Part shown: positions 34,192 through 44,167 of the stretch, in pieces
How the letters are laid out: each line of letters starts with the position of its first letter
Numbering within the stretch: position 1 is the first letter of the stretch
IMG/VR virus record: IMGVR_UViG_3300008807_000159
Coordinates: 1 to 49,654 of that record
DNA length: 49,654 bases
Origin: a virus
Strand: one strand, 5' to 3'
Notes under the pieces: generated by a model
Told to the model about the DNA's origin: nothing
What the model saw: only the letters and a program-made list of their open reading frames with translations
Database searches by the model: none
Translations under genes and position numbers: made by a program

Positions 34192-34400
34192 TGATCGGGC
34201 ATCCCGTCGAGCATGTGGCGGACCATCGCCTCGGCCTGCGTCGCGTCGAGCAGGTTGGTTCCCACCGGCCAGTGACGGGATCGCATCGGTTCTTCGGCGA
34301 AGGGCGGCGTGAAGCTGATCCCGTTGTCGGGGCGGAACGGGTCCGGCAGCTTCCACGACAGGAAGCGCTGCACCATGTGCTTGATTTGGTCGTCGGTCAT
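34188..34400 (-). CDS. Hypothetical protein inside the lysis cassette
   Basis: 70 aa from ATG 34400 (MTDDQIKHMVQRFLSW...). TGATG overlap with the endolysin stop. Confidence 0.5.
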   Translation of the reverse strand: MTDDQIKHMVQRFLSWKLPDPFRPDNGISFTPPFAEEPMRSRHWPVGTNLLDATQAEAMVRHMLDGMPDQ

Positions 34401-34918
34401 CACCGCAGCCCCGACAGGCAGATCGCGATCTCGTCGCGGCGGCGGTTGGCGAGGCCCTTGATCTCGCGCCCGCCGGCGAAGCGCCACGACCAGAAGGCGT
34501 TGCAGCCGCCGCGCCAGTCGCCCGCGTTGAAGCGTCGCGCGGCCGTCGACCGGCAAAAGCCCGCCGTGCCGATGTTGTAGGACAGACTGACCGACGCGGC
34601 GAGCTGCGCCTCGCGGCCCGGCGCGCGCAGCCCCGGCACGCATTTGACGATCGGCGCGGCATGGTCGGCAATCTGGCGATAGAGACGGTCGGTGCATTCG
34701 GCGTCGCTGACGCGCTTGCCCATCGTGACGTCGCGCGTGTCGCCATAGCAGACCGTGGGAACGCGCACGATGTCAAGATAGGGGTCGTTGCGCTTCCCCT
34801 CCCATTTCGCGATCAGCGGCGCGGAAATCGCCAGCGCGGCGGCGCCGATGACGGCGACGGCCTTATTGCGCCCCGACTTCGGCGCCTCCATCGGCTCGAT
34901 GCGATTATTTTGCGGCAT
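34400..34918 (-). CDS. SAR endolysin (GH24 T4-type lysozyme)
   Basis: Catalytic E-x8-D-x5-T reads WE-GKRNDPYL-D-IVRVP-T. The N-terminus KAVAVIGAAALAISAPLIA is a weakly hydrophobic signal-anchor-release type segment. Confidence 0.85.
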   Translation of the reverse strand: MPQNNRIEPMEAPKSGRNKAVAVIGAAALAISAPLIAKWEGKRNDPYLDIVRVPTVCYGDTRDVTMGKRVSDAECTDRLYRQIADHAAPIVKCVPGLRAPGREAQLAASVSLSYNIGTAGFCRSTAARRFNAGDWRGGCNAFWSWRFAGGREIKGLANRRRDEIAICLSGLR

Positions 34919-35153
34919 TGCGCACCTCGTCGAGCTTCTTTTGCTTGATCTGCGCGACCAGCACCGGGGCGATGAAGGTCAGCGCGAAGGTCGCGCCGAC
35001 CGCGAAGCTGCGCCAGCTGGCGGGCAGGAAGGGGATGAAACCCAGCAGCATCCCAGATTTCGCTGTGATCACGGCCCATAGCGCGGCATTCAAACCGGCG
35101 AGCCACGTCGACCAGCGCCTCCACCACAGGCGGGCATCTTCAATCAGTTTCAT
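34905..35153 (-). CDS. Holin-like membrane protein
   Basis: 82 aa from ATG 35153. Two or three hydrophobic segments and a basic C-terminus. ATGA overlap upstream. Confidence 0.6.
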   Translation of the reverse strand: MKLIEDARLWWRRWSTWLAGLNAALWAVITAKSGMLLGFIPFLPASWRSFAVGATFALTFIAPVLVAQIKQKKLDEVRNAAK

Positions 35154-35509
35154 CGTCCAGTCCTTTCGCGGTGATAGGATTCGAGGGCGGCGACGCGGGC
35201 CTTGAGCTCGTCGACCTGCTTTCCGGTCGTGTCCTGTTGCTGGCGCTCGTCGATGCGCGTCACGGTCAACTGAAGGTCGTTGAGTGTCTTTACGCCCCAA
35301 GCCGCTGCACCGGAAATGCCCATCGTCAGCACGGCGCTGGTGATGATGGCAGCCCATTTGAGCGGCGCGGGAATATCGGCTTTCGGAGCAGGGGGAGCGA
35401 AGTGAGGATATTGCGACACAAATTCTCTGATGGCTTGATGGGCGGCGGCAAGGCCGACTTGATCCGCGATCGCGCGGACCTGCTCCGAATTGCCGAGACC
35501 GTCAGGCAT
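35150..35509 (-). CDS. Single-TM lysis-associated protein (holin/antiholin candidate)
   Basis: 119 aa. TM segment WAAIITSAVLTMGISGAAAW followed by a coiled coil. Confidence 0.5.
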   Translation of the reverse strand: MPDGLGNSEQVRAIADQVGLAAAHQAIREFVSQYPHFAPPAPKADIPAPLKWAAIITSAVLTMGISGAAAWGVKTLNDLQLTVTRIDERQQQDTTGKQVDELKARVAALESYHRERTGR

Positions 35510-35538
35510 CGCCAGGTTCTCCCTTCGCTCCGCCTACG

Positions 35539-35688
35539 TCAGGGGCAGGGATCGCCGTTCGGCTGCGGGCCGGGGCCGCAGGGGACTTCGGTCGCCGGCC
35601 CGGTGGGCTGCGGGGCAGGGGGATTGGGCGTGCAGGCCCACAGGACAGCGCCGCACGCGAAAGCGAGCGCGAAATCACGCATTTTCAT
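35539..35688 (-). CDS. 49-aa proline-rich lipoprotein
   Basis: Hand-translated as MKMRDFALAFACGAVLWA|CTPNPPAPQPTGPATEVPCGPGPQPNGDPCP. AAGGAG SD upstream. Too short for the ORF track. Confidence 0.5.
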   Translation of the reverse strand: MKMRDFALAFACGAVLWACTPNPPAPQPTGPATEVPCGPGPQPNGDPCP

Positions 35689-35712
35689 CGGTCTTCTCCT
35701 TCGGTGGTAAAG

Positions 35713-36915
35713 TCAGGGAGTTGCAAGGGTAGCGATCCGCTCTTCCAGAGCCGCTAGGCGCGTTTCCTGCGCGGTGATCTGGCGGCGCTGATAGGCGGCC
35801 TCGATCGCCTCGCATTCCGAGTAGCGGAGCATCCACGCATCGCCCGCCGGCCTCCCTAGTTGAGCGGCGCGAACTATCTCACCCTGTTCGTCCCGCATCT
35901 CCTCGATGTCGGGTTCCTCTGCCCATTCCTGATGAACGACCAGTCCGACGTCGATCGCGTCGATGTCGTGCGCGGCAAGTGCTTCGAAGACCTGCTGCGC
36001 GACAAGGCCGATATGGGAGCTGCCATCGCTGACGAGGCGGTAACGCACCCATTCGACATCGGCCCACGCATCGAGCAAGGCGTCCCCGATCGGCTCGATG
36101 TCGGTCTTGGCGCGGCGATCCGACGTGATTGTTGGGCTGACAGCGAAATAGCTATTATTCCATGGGCGCCCTCCGGCGCCAAAATCCTGCCCCGTCCCTC
36201 CCGGCTCGACTGCTCCCGATGATTGGATGCGGAGGCGATCGGCCGCAGCGTTGGCGTCCCAGATGGACAAAGCCGAGGCCGAGCTCACTCCGATGCAAAA
36301 TTTCCGGTTTCCGGTCGTTCCGTCCAACGTCAGGCAGGGCAGGCCACCCGTGATCTGCAACTGCCTGTTATAACCCGCATTGTTCGACGGTGACGTCGTG
36401 CCAAGGCCGAAATTTCCGGCGTTGTCGAAACGCGCCCGCTGGACCGTGTCGACAATGATATTGAGGTTGCCGCCCCACCCCGGCGATCGGCCACAGGAAA
36501 GGTTAACCTCACCCGTCGATCCTTTCGCGAGCAGAGACATTTCCTGGTTGGCGCCGTTCATGACCTGAATGCCACCGAACAGGTTTGAGGCGTCGGGAGC
36601 GACGGTCAAGACAGCCGTCACGCCTGGTCCGCCCGTCAAGGTGACGTTCCCCGACCCGTCGACCTTCGGCATCACGAAGACCGGCGTTGCGTTGCCATTC
36701 ACATGGAAGCTGTAGTTTCCGCCGGTGAAGACTGCGAAATATTGGCCCGCTGACGTCGCGGCATTTCCTGCGGCGTAGCTGGCGTAATAGCGGCCCTGCG
36801 CGACGGCGGTTGCGATGCCGGCCATCTGGGTTGCGGCGGCAGCAGCCTGCTGCGCCACGACAACCAGCGGCCCGACTTTTCGGGCACCAGCTTCGGTGAT
36901 GATGGCGATCGTCAT
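35713..36915 (-). CDS. Tail fiber with C-terminal S74 intramolecular-chaperone autoproteolytic domain
   Basis: 400 aa. ...TSDRRAKTDIEPI...HIGLVAQQV... signature followed by a terminal coiled coil. Confidence 0.75.
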   Translation of the reverse strand: MTIAIITEAGARKVGPLVVVAQQAAAAATQMAGIATAVAQGRYYASYAAGNAATSAGQYFAVFTGGNYSFHVNGNATPVFVMPKVDGSGNVTLTGGPGVTAVLTVAPDASNLFGGIQVMNGANQEMSLLAKGSTGEVNLSCGRSPGWGGNLNIIVDTVQRARFDNAGNFGLGTTSPSNNAGYNRQLQITGGLPCLTLDGTTGNRKFCIGVSSASALSIWDANAAADRLRIQSSGAVEPGGTGQDFGAGGRPWNNSYFAVSPTITSDRRAKTDIEPIGDALLDAWADVEWVRYRLVSDGSSHIGLVAQQVFEALAAHDIDAIDVGLVVHQEWAEEPDIEEMRDEQGEIVRAAQLGRPAGDAWMLRYSECEAIEAAYQRRQITAQETRLAALEERIATLATP

Positions 36916-37322
36916 ATGGTCACACCCGGCTTGATGATGAATTTCCCTCCAAACTGGACACGCTTGGTCCCGCCGCTCGGCGTAGTGTGGAGGTCATAGA
37001 ACAGTTCGACGGGCTCGTCGTAGGGCGTGCCGAGAGACAGGGCCTCGAGCGTCGCTTCGTCGATGCAGATGCGGATTTTGGACGCGGGCGCAGAGATCAG
37101 TTCATTGCCGTCCTGATATTGATAGGCCGCGTCATAGGTGACGCTGACGCCTTGCGTAGGCGGCGACGCATTCCCGAGCGAAACAAGCGCAGTTCCGGTG
37201 TCTCCGCGATGCGCTCGAATATGCATAAGAAAAGTCGCGCCGGTCAGATTTTCGCCGATCACAACAACGTCGTCGTCGAAAGGGACGCGCTTGAACGCAG
37301 GGATGTCGAGTTCTGCCGCCAT
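36912..37322 (-). CDS. Hypothetical tail protein
   Basis: 136-aa ORF between the host-specificity and fiber genes. Confidence 0.55.
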   Translation of the reverse strand: MAAELDIPAFKRVPFDDDVVVIGENLTGATFLMHIRAHRGDTGTALVSLGNASPPTQGVSVTYDAAYQYQDGNELISAPASKIRICIDEATLEALSLGTPYDEPVELFYDLHTTPSGGTKRVQFGGKFIIKPGVTI

Positions 37323-37352
37323 GGCAGGACACTATGTCTGCACCGCCAATGC

Positions 37353-37366
37353 GTTACCGCCGTTAG
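37353..37366 (-). promoter_or_regulatory. Late motif copy (variant CTAACGGCGGTAAC)
   Basis: Its first base is 44 nt upstream of ATG 37322. A CATAG box lies 31-35 nt downstream. No SD. Confidence 0.5.
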
Positions 37367-37390
37367 GCGCGACAAGGAGTGCCTATCCCC

Positions 37391-39787
37391 TTAGGATTTC
37401 GAACTGGTCGCGCCGCCGCTCGTCGGCGTCAGGGTGCCGGTGCCGCTGGTCAGCTTGCCAACGAGGCGAACGGGATAGGTGGCGGCCGCAAGGCCGGTCT
37501 TGGTGAACTCAGCGACCATGTCGCCTTCGACATATTCGACCGGAGACGTTAGTTTCTGTGCAGTGCCGCCCTGCTTTTCGGTGTAGGCACCGCTGTTCAT
37601 GTCGTTCCAGATGCCGCCCGCGAAATATTGCCCCTTGCACGTCATGGTCAGCGCGGAGGGCGACCCGTTGCGATAATAGAAATTCGTCGTCAGCTTCAGC
37701 GTCTGCCCGCTGCCGATCGCGACATCCATCACCGGATCGCCGCCATCGAGGCCCGACATCGCAGCGTAGCTGGTCGAGTTGATCGCCGCGAGCGAGCTGT
37801 CGGTGCCGCCCGACGTGCCGTTGTTGACCGGCGCCGCGTCGTCCTCGGTCACGACCTGCGTGATGTAGGTCCCGACCGCGACTCCCCCGACCGATACCGA
37901 AAGCTGGATCGTGCCGGCGCTCGTCACCGTGTTGGCGATCGTGATCGTGCCCTTGTCCGCGCTGCCGTTCGTATTGTTGACCGATACCTTGCTTGCGAGC
38001 CCGCCGGTTCCGGCCACGGAATAGGAAACGCTGTTGTCGGTACGCTTGTCGGCCCCGCCCTTCGTCACCGACGGGACCAGATCGACCGGCAGTTGATCCG
38101 GCTTCACCGCGCCCGCCGCGGTGCGATAGATTTTGAACGTCGCAGGCGGTACGACGATCACCTGCGCGGCAGCGGTCACGTCGGCATTGTCGTCGGGCTT
38201 CGTCCCGTCATCGTCAACGATCTCAGACCAATCGGCCGAGGCGCCAGCGTCACCGATGCCCTGATAGATCGGGTTCTTCATGAAGTCATAGACGGTCGGA
38301 TCGGCGGGCACGACCGCAGGGCTTTCATCTTCGTCCCATGCGTAGATGTCCTCGTTCTCTTCGCGGAGTATCACCGGGCAGGTTCCGTCGACGCGATGCT
38401 CCATCTCGGCGACGCGGAAGAGCTTGTTGACCCATCCGAGCGCCGAAACCGTTTGCGTGACCACGCTATTCTTTTGAACCCTCCACCCACGTGATCCCCA
38501 CACAGTCTGGAATTCACCGCCATATTGCTGACGCTGAAGGCGCTGCTTCGCTAACCTCTGGGCCTGCGAAGGCGACTGGACGAGCGCCAAGTCAAAGCTG
38601 TCGATCCTGTCGATGCCATCAGGGCTGTCCATCTCGACCTGCGGATAGTCGACCATCTGGTACAGCGAGGCGTCTCTTGGATCGGTGTAGCTTCCACGGA
38701 CGATATTGAAGCCATCGACAAGCGAAGGTGTCTGCTTCCAGCGATAGGCCTCGATCATATCGTCATCATCGAATGCAGCGACGGGATCTGCGAGATCGTT
38801 GTGGAACACCGTCAGCCGCAGCTTTCCGCCAACGTCGTCGAGATCGGCATTCATGGCCGCCTTGAAGTTGTCTATTATGGAAGTCGGACTGTCGCCTTCG
38901 CTGAACACGCCATCGGATCGATACCGCGGCTCGGTCCCGCCGGCGGCCAGATTGACCGCTTCGTCGCACAGGTTCGCTGCGATCGCGTAGCTTTCAAGAT
39001 CAATGCGCGCCGGCGGAATGCCGCGCCCAACACTGAGCTTGCCTGCTATTCTCCATCCGAGCATGTACCAAAGCTTCTGCAATGCCGGATTGCGGCTCGC
39101 GCTGTCGTTCCACGCCCACGTGGACTGGTCGTCGGCGCGGTGCGATCCTGACCCGCCCGGAACCGTGCTATCGAGGCGCGGATCGTAAATGAACGCGCCC
39201 TTGCCGCGAATCGTGATGCGCGTGGAGATCCCCTGCGCAAACGGACTATCGGTCTTTTTGCTGTTGCCAGTCAGCTTATAGCGAAGGTGGACATAGGCGA
39301 GACCGGTAAAGCGGCGCGTCGCGCCCATGCGCGCCGATATGTTGATAGCGTTGCCCGCAGACCCTTCGAGGATGGGGGTGACGGTCAGATATCCGACATA
39401 CTCGCCTTGCACGCCACCGCTGACGGTCCACGCCTTCTTGTCGTCGAACCATATCTCCTCGATCGCCTGCACCTTGTGCGCGGCCACCACGATGAAGCGG
39501 TGGAGATAGGTCTGGCTGTCGGTATATTCCTGATCTCGGATATCGGTCGCCATAGCGGTTCGGCCGAACACCATCTTGCGCGGGGTACGCGGATCGATGC
39601 TGGCATTGAGGCGATCGATGGATTCGGGGCTGACTTGAGGCGCTTTCGGGCGCTTGGCGAGCGCTGACGCCCCCATTGAGATGCCCGGCTGCACCAGAGC
39701 GAGCGACAAGCCCCCTGTGGCGGGAGCGAAGATCACGCCCGCTGCTGCAAGAGCGAACCCGGCGACCGCTTTGACTAGCTTACCCAA
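37391..39787 (-). CDS. Host-specificity / central tail-tip protein (lambda J / GTA g15-like)
   Basis: 798 aa, the largest tail-tip ORF after the hub genes. N-terminal ...RFIVVAAHKVQAIEEIWFDDK... pattern. Confidence 0.7.
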   Translation of the reverse strand: MGKLVKAVAGFALAAAGVIFAPATGGLSLALVQPGISMGASALAKRPKAPQVSPESIDRLNASIDPRTPRKMVFGRTAMATDIRDQEYTDSQTYLHRFIVVAAHKVQAIEEIWFDDKKAWTVSGGVQGEYVGYLTVTPILEGSAGNAINISARMGATRRFTGLAYVHLRYKLTGNSKKTDSPFAQGISTRITIRGKGAFIYDPRLDSTVPGGSGSHRADDQSTWAWNDSASRNPALQKLWYMLGWRIAGKLSVGRGIPPARIDLESYAIAANLCDEAVNLAAGGTEPRYRSDGVFSEGDSPTSIIDNFKAAMNADLDDVGGKLRLTVFHNDLADPVAAFDDDDMIEAYRWKQTPSLVDGFNIVRGSYTDPRDASLYQMVDYPQVEMDSPDGIDRIDSFDLALVQSPSQAQRLAKQRLQRQQYGGEFQTVWGSRGWRVQKNSVVTQTVSALGWVNKLFRVAEMEHRVDGTCPVILREENEDIYAWDEDESPAVVPADPTVYDFMKNPIYQGIGDAGASADWSEIVDDDGTKPDDNADVTAAAQVIVVPPATFKIYRTAAGAVKPDQLPVDLVPSVTKGGADKRTDNSVSYSVAGTGGLASKVSVNNTNGSADKGTITIANTVTSAGTIQLSVSVGGVAVGTYITQVVTEDDAAPVNNGTSGGTDSSLAAINSTSYAAMSGLDGGDPVMDVAIGSGQTLKLTTNFYYRNGSPSALTMTCKGQYFAGGIWNDMNSGAYTEKQGGTAQKLTSPVEYVEGDMVAEFTKTGLAAATYPVRLVGKLTSGTGTLTPTSGGATSSKS

Positions 39788-40187
39788 CGCGCCAACCCTT
39801 CACCCATTCGCCGCGCTGAATGCGGACAAGCCCTTCGCGTTCGCCCTCCTGCCCGACGAACAGCGCGTATCCGCCCATCGAAACTCCCACACTGTTTCCA
39901 TTCCAGACGCCATCGCCGCGCTGGATGAAACCCGGTGGGATGACGTCGAAAAGGCCGTCGAGCGTGGTCTCTAGATCGCCCGCGCCAAACTTCTTCAATG
40001 CCTTGGCAGCGCCCAATTCGGTCGAATATTTGCCACGGAACGGTTCACCGGGATCAAAGCCGGTCATGGCCTTGCACGCGCCCGCGAAATAGAGGCCGCA
40101 GTCGTGGCTTCCCCAAGTCATGGGCATGTCGCGCACCGAAGCGATGTAGGCTGAAAGATCGGCCTCCCATGTCGAGAAGCGCGTCAT
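39780..40187 (-). CDS. NlpC/P60-like tail protein (lambda K / GTA g14-like)
   Basis: 135 aa. WGSHDCGLYFAGA carries the candidate Cys. The assignment is partly positional. Confidence 0.5.
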   Translation of the reverse strand: MTRFSTWEADLSAYIASVRDMPMTWGSHDCGLYFAGACKAMTGFDPGEPFRGKYSTELGAAKALKKFGAGDLETTLDGLFDVIPPGFIQRGDGVWNGNSVGVSMGGYALFVGQEGEREGLVRIQRGEWVKGWRVG

Positions 40188-40834
40188 AGCATTGCGTTCA
40201 TGCGATCTGGCTTCGACCGTATGCCCCCGCCGGTGATCGGTGTAGGCGTATTTCCCACCACGCCGCTGACGCCGTTGGCGATAGCGATTGCCGCCTTTGC
40301 CGACATGTCGCCACTGTCGAACCGCGACTGATCGAGATAGGACCTGTTCGACGCCTGGCTGAATGCTGCAAGGTAGGTCTGGATTGTAACGGTGATGATC
40401 TGCTCAGCGCCATCGCCGCCAATATCGAGCGAGGTCATGTAGCCGGTATAATAGGGTTGATATCCGCCTTGCTGCGCATTCGTAGCGTCTCGGATCACCC
40501 TCCATAAGCGAGCGACACGCCCTTGCCAGTTGGCAGGGTCGCCGACCAGCGCGAGAGTGCCGGCATCGATGACGGGCAGGCCGGACAATTTGGCCGTAAC
40601 GGAATCGGATCCACCTTGCCCGACACGGATCGACGCAATGTCGACAAAGGCGCCGCTGATACCCGAAAACAGCGCGTCATCGAGGTCGGTGTCGCCAGTC
40701 CCGAAAGGTGTAATATCCGCGCCGCTCGTGTTCGCGCGCACGGGGTCGGTGTCGATATCGAGATACGCGAAAAAGACCGGCTTGATGACGGGCAGGTCGA
40801 GCGCTGCAATCGCGGTGGCGTCGGGAAGGCTCAC
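40184..40834 (-). CDS. Tail tip/hub protein (L-like, GTA g13-like)
   Basis: 216 aa. Positional assignment within the tail-tip block. Confidence 0.45.
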   Translation of the reverse strand: MSLPDATAIAALDLPVIKPVFFAYLDIDTDPVRANTSGADITPFGTGDTDLDDALFSGISGAFVDIASIRVGQGGSDSVTAKLSGLPVIDAGTLALVGDPANWQGRVARLWRVIRDATNAQQGGYQPYYTGYMTSLDIGGDGAEQIITVTIQTYLAAFSQASNRSYLDQSRFDSGDMSAKAAIAIANGVSGVVGNTPTPITGGGIRSKPDRMNAML

Positions 40835-41433
40835 AGGGCTTCAACCAACTCGAAGCTCGTCGCAGACACTGCGTTGTCCCAAATCATGCTGCTGTTGCCG
40901 CTCGCGCTTCTGACCGGGATATAGGGATAAGCCGTTTCTACTATGACGTTGTTCGCTGGAACCTCTCCCAGCGCGAAGTTCAACTGTGCCGTCGCCTCGC
41001 CAGAGCCGTTCGTGATGAGGTCGGCCGTCAGCATAGCCGTTCGCGCATGCCCGGAAGGAAGCGGCACGGTGATAAAGCTTCCTGAGCGCAGGATTCGCGT
41101 CGATGGCTCCATTCCGTCGAGCGGTAGCGTGTAACCGGCATCGGATGCCGCGTTTACGAGCGGCATGGCTCCTACATGGCGCTGGCAGGCGATGGGCAGA
41201 TGGAAGACATTCTGACGCCCCCTGAGACCGAAGATGAAAGCCCGCCACGGACGCTCATCATCTTCAGTCGCCATAGGCTCGATTGCGGCTTTCGCGGTCC
41301 AGTATTCGGCGCCGGGGAGGCCGACGACCTGCGAACGACTGGACCAAATCGATCTGTTCAACTGATCGGGGACGACGGCATCGATGCTGAGGATGATCAG
41401 CGCGTCGCGATCGGGAATTTCCAGCACAGCCAT
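40831..41433 (-). CDS. Distal tail protein (M/Dit-like, GTA g12-like)
   Basis: 200 aa directly after the tape measure gene. Confidence 0.45.
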   Translation of the reverse strand: MAVLEIPDRDALIILSIDAVVPDQLNRSIWSSRSQVVGLPGAEYWTAKAAIEPMATEDDERPWRAFIFGLRGRQNVFHLPIACQRHVGAMPLVNAASDAGYTLPLDGMEPSTRILRSGSFITVPLPSGHARTAMLTADLITNGSGEATAQLNFALGEVPANNVIVETAYPYIPVRSASGNSSMIWDNAVSATSFELVEAL

Positions 41434-41467
41434 GGCGCCGAAACGCTATGGTTGAAGGTCTCCAGCG

Positions 41468-41481
41468 ATTACCGCCGTCAG
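41468..41481 (-). promoter_or_regulatory. Late motif copy (CTGACGGCGGTAAT)
   Basis: Starts 1 nt after the tape-measure stop. Its first base is 48 nt upstream of ATG 41433. A CATAG box lies 32-36 nt downstream. No SD. Confidence 0.55.
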
Positions 41482-41482
41482 A

Positions 41483-44167
41483 TCAGAGGCGCGGAGTCGA
41501 GATTTGATGTAAGGCCTTTTGGGCGCCCAGGTCGCTGACCTCTCCTGCGGTTGCGCGCACGACCTCAACCGCGACACCGACTGCTCGCTGATCTATGCGG
41601 GCATCGATATCGCCGGAGAGCGCAAGGCGAACGGTTGTAATACCGCCACCTTGCCCCGCTGGCTGCATAGCGCGCTGGTTGATCTGGCCGAGGGGGATCA
41701 CTGTTCCCCCCTGCGAGCCCATGCGCAGATACTCAGCGCCGCCGCGCTGCTCGTTGACGCGCACGGTCTGGCCCGGAGCGACATAGCCGCCCGAGGCACG
41801 GCCGAAGATCGAAGAGAAGAAACCCCCGCCGCCTGAACCTCCACCGAAGGAGGCTCCAAGCGCATTCACGATCGTCTGCTGAATCGCGATACGGATCAGG
41901 TCGGCGATGATCGATTTCGCGACATTCTTGAAAACGTCGCCCAGCGACTTCGAATTGACGATCGCGTCGGTAAGTCCATCGTTGAGCCTCTGAAGACCGT
42001 CGACAGCGATACCTTCATAAAGCTCGTTGAGCTCGGCTGCATCCTTCTTCGCTCTGTCGAAATATTGCTCAAGCGGGCCAGCAGTGTCGCGGCGGGCGGC
42101 CTCTTTTGTTCTGCCTTGCGCCGCACGCAATGCCGCCTGCTCGATGGCTGCACGGTCTCGGACCGCTTTGCTGAGGTCCTCATTGTTCTTGATGCGCTCA
42201 AGGGCTGCATCTCGCTCGCGATATTCGAGGTCGATGATCTCATATGCCAACTCGCGCCGCTCGGTCTGCGACTTGGCGAGGTCGTACTGCTGGCGAAGTG
42301 CGTCGGATTGAGCACGGAAGTTGGCTTCTGCAAGATCGGCTGCCTCTTCCTCCTGCTGGATGCGAAGTTCGCGGGCGATCCGCGCTCGCTCGATCTCGGC
42401 CAGATTATCGAGCGCGTCCTTGACGCGCTCCTTTTGCGCGGCGTTGTAATCCTTATCGGCCTTCAAGCTTTCGAGCGCAGCTACACGCGCCAACTCGACA
42501 CTGCGCAGTTCAAGTTCGGCCCGCTCGTCGGCACTCGTAGCCATCTGCTGGCGCGAGGAAAGGGTTTGTTGCGCGAGGCTGGAGAGTTCCTGATTGAAGC
42601 GGGCTTCGATTTCGGAGGCCGATGGGCCAGACGATCTTCCGCCGGACTTCTTGGTGGGCTTTCCGCCAGAGGCGCCGCCAGACGCCGTAATCGGCGGCGC
42701 TGCCATGGCCGTTTCGAGATCGCGCAGATTTTTGTACGCAATTCGCTCATTGTCCTCCGCGGCTTTTCGATCACGTCGCGCGGCGTCGATCGCGAAGTTC
42801 GTGCCGCCTTGCGCACCCTTCCCGCCATTCGCGCTGGACTCCGCGTCCGAGACGGCTTTTCGAGCTGCGGTTGATTCCCGCCCGGCCTTGATCACATCCG
42901 CGATAAGAAGCTTCCGCTGCGCCTCTGCCAGCGCGAGCGCTTCGACCCGCGCTTTACCGTATGACGATGCGAGACGGTCGATCATCGATCGCGTGGCATC
43001 AGCCGCCTTCGTCACCTGATCGTTGGTCTGACGAAGATTTGCGGAAACGCCGGCCAGTTTGTCGACCTCTTGGGACGCAAGAGCGAGCCCGATGATCAGC
43101 GCGGTTATCGCGATGCCGACAGGGCCTCCCAGCGCGCCAAGGAGGGCGGCGCCAGCACTGCGCGCCGCCAACGCCGTCCCTGCGAGCGAGGTCGTGGCGA
43201 TCGACGCATAGGCAGCGATGTTCCGCAGCGCCACACCGCCGGCAAGCGCGCCCGCGGCGAAGCGCCCGAATGCCGCTACGCCAATAATGGCAAGCAGCGG
43301 AATGATCGTCTCAAGATTGTCGGCAAGAAGCTGCATTGCACCGGCAATCGCCTGCGTTGCCCCAGAAACTTGGGCGGATTGTCCGATATATACGGTGAGG
43401 CGCGACGTCAGCGCCTCGAAGGCGCCGGCGACCGTGAGCGTGGCTTTCGACGCCTGCGTTTCGAGCTGCTGCGAGCCATTCAGGATGGACTGATAGAATT
43501 CCTGCGACGAGACCTTGCCGTCGATGACGGCGGCTCGAAGTTTTGCAACAGAGCCGCCATATTTTTCCGATGCTGCCGCCGCCTGCAAGAGCGGACGAAG
43601 CCCGCCCTCGTTGATCTGGTTAAACTCTTCTGCCCGAACCGTCCCGGACGCCAGAGCTTGCGTGAGGCCGAGGATTGCCCCGGACGCCTGCTGGCTGGAT
43701 GTGCCGGTAATCAGGAGTGCCTGCGACGTCGCCTCGGTGAGCGACAGAAGCTGCTCTTGCGAGGCGCCGAGATCCTTTCCCGCTTGGGTCGCCTTGCCAA
43801 ACAGATCCGCGAGCGATTCAATGCCGACACCATACCTGGTCGACAAGTCGAGCAGCCGCGACTGAACCTGCTCCAGACTGGCGCCTTCCAGTCCGGCAAC
43901 CTTCAAATTATTCTGCAGCCGCGTGAATCCGTCGATCAGGCCGACGAGTTCGCGTCCGGTAAAATAGGTGCCTAGCGTTCCCGCGATCCCCCGCAGACTG
44001 CCCGAGATCGCACCGCTCGATCGCTTCATCTGAGCCTCAAGGCGCTGGACCGCCTTTTCCTGACGCCCGAGCTGGCGATCCGTGTCGGTCGCCTGCTTGC
44101 GAAGATCGGCTTGGTACTTGAGCAGGTCCGCGCGAAGTTCGAGGATGACGGGATCGATTTCAGCCAT
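41483..44167 (-). CDS. Tape measure protein
   Basis: 894 aa. Long coiled coils plus a central Gly/Ala-rich hydrophobic block. Follows the frameshifted chaperone pair. Confidence 0.9.
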   Translation of the reverse strand: MAEIDPVILELRADLLKYQADLRKQATDTDRQLGRQEKAVQRLEAQMKRSSGAISGSLRGIAGTLGTYFTGRELVGLIDGFTRLQNNLKVAGLEGASLEQVQSRLLDLSTRYGVGIESLADLFGKATQAGKDLGASQEQLLSLTEATSQALLITGTSSQQASGAILGLTQALASGTVRAEEFNQINEGGLRPLLQAAAASEKYGGSVAKLRAAVIDGKVSSQEFYQSILNGSQQLETQASKATLTVAGAFEALTSRLTVYIGQSAQVSGATQAIAGAMQLLADNLETIIPLLAIIGVAAFGRFAAGALAGGVALRNIAAYASIATTSLAGTALAARSAGAALLGALGGPVGIAITALIIGLALASQEVDKLAGVSANLRQTNDQVTKAADATRSMIDRLASSYGKARVEALALAEAQRKLLIADVIKAGRESTAARKAVSDAESSANGGKGAQGGTNFAIDAARRDRKAAEDNERIAYKNLRDLETAMAAPPITASGGASGGKPTKKSGGRSSGPSASEIEARFNQELSSLAQQTLSSRQQMATSADERAELELRSVELARVAALESLKADKDYNAAQKERVKDALDNLAEIERARIARELRIQQEEEAADLAEANFRAQSDALRQQYDLAKSQTERRELAYEIIDLEYRERDAALERIKNNEDLSKAVRDRAAIEQAALRAAQGRTKEAARRDTAGPLEQYFDRAKKDAAELNELYEGIAVDGLQRLNDGLTDAIVNSKSLGDVFKNVAKSIIADLIRIAIQQTIVNALGASFGGGSGGGGFFSSIFGRASGGYVAPGQTVRVNEQRGGAEYLRMGSQGGTVIPLGQINQRAMQPAGQGGGITTVRLALSGDIDARIDQRAVGVAVEVVRATAGEVSDLGAQKALHQISTPRL

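Noticed and set aside
33718-34776. 352-aa minus-strand ORF read as one protein
   Set aside because: Its first ~195 codons overlap the endolysin and the 70-aa gene in another frame and are Arg/Ala/Pro junk. Only the last 157 codons (TM plus coiled coil, GTG 34191) form the i-spanin.
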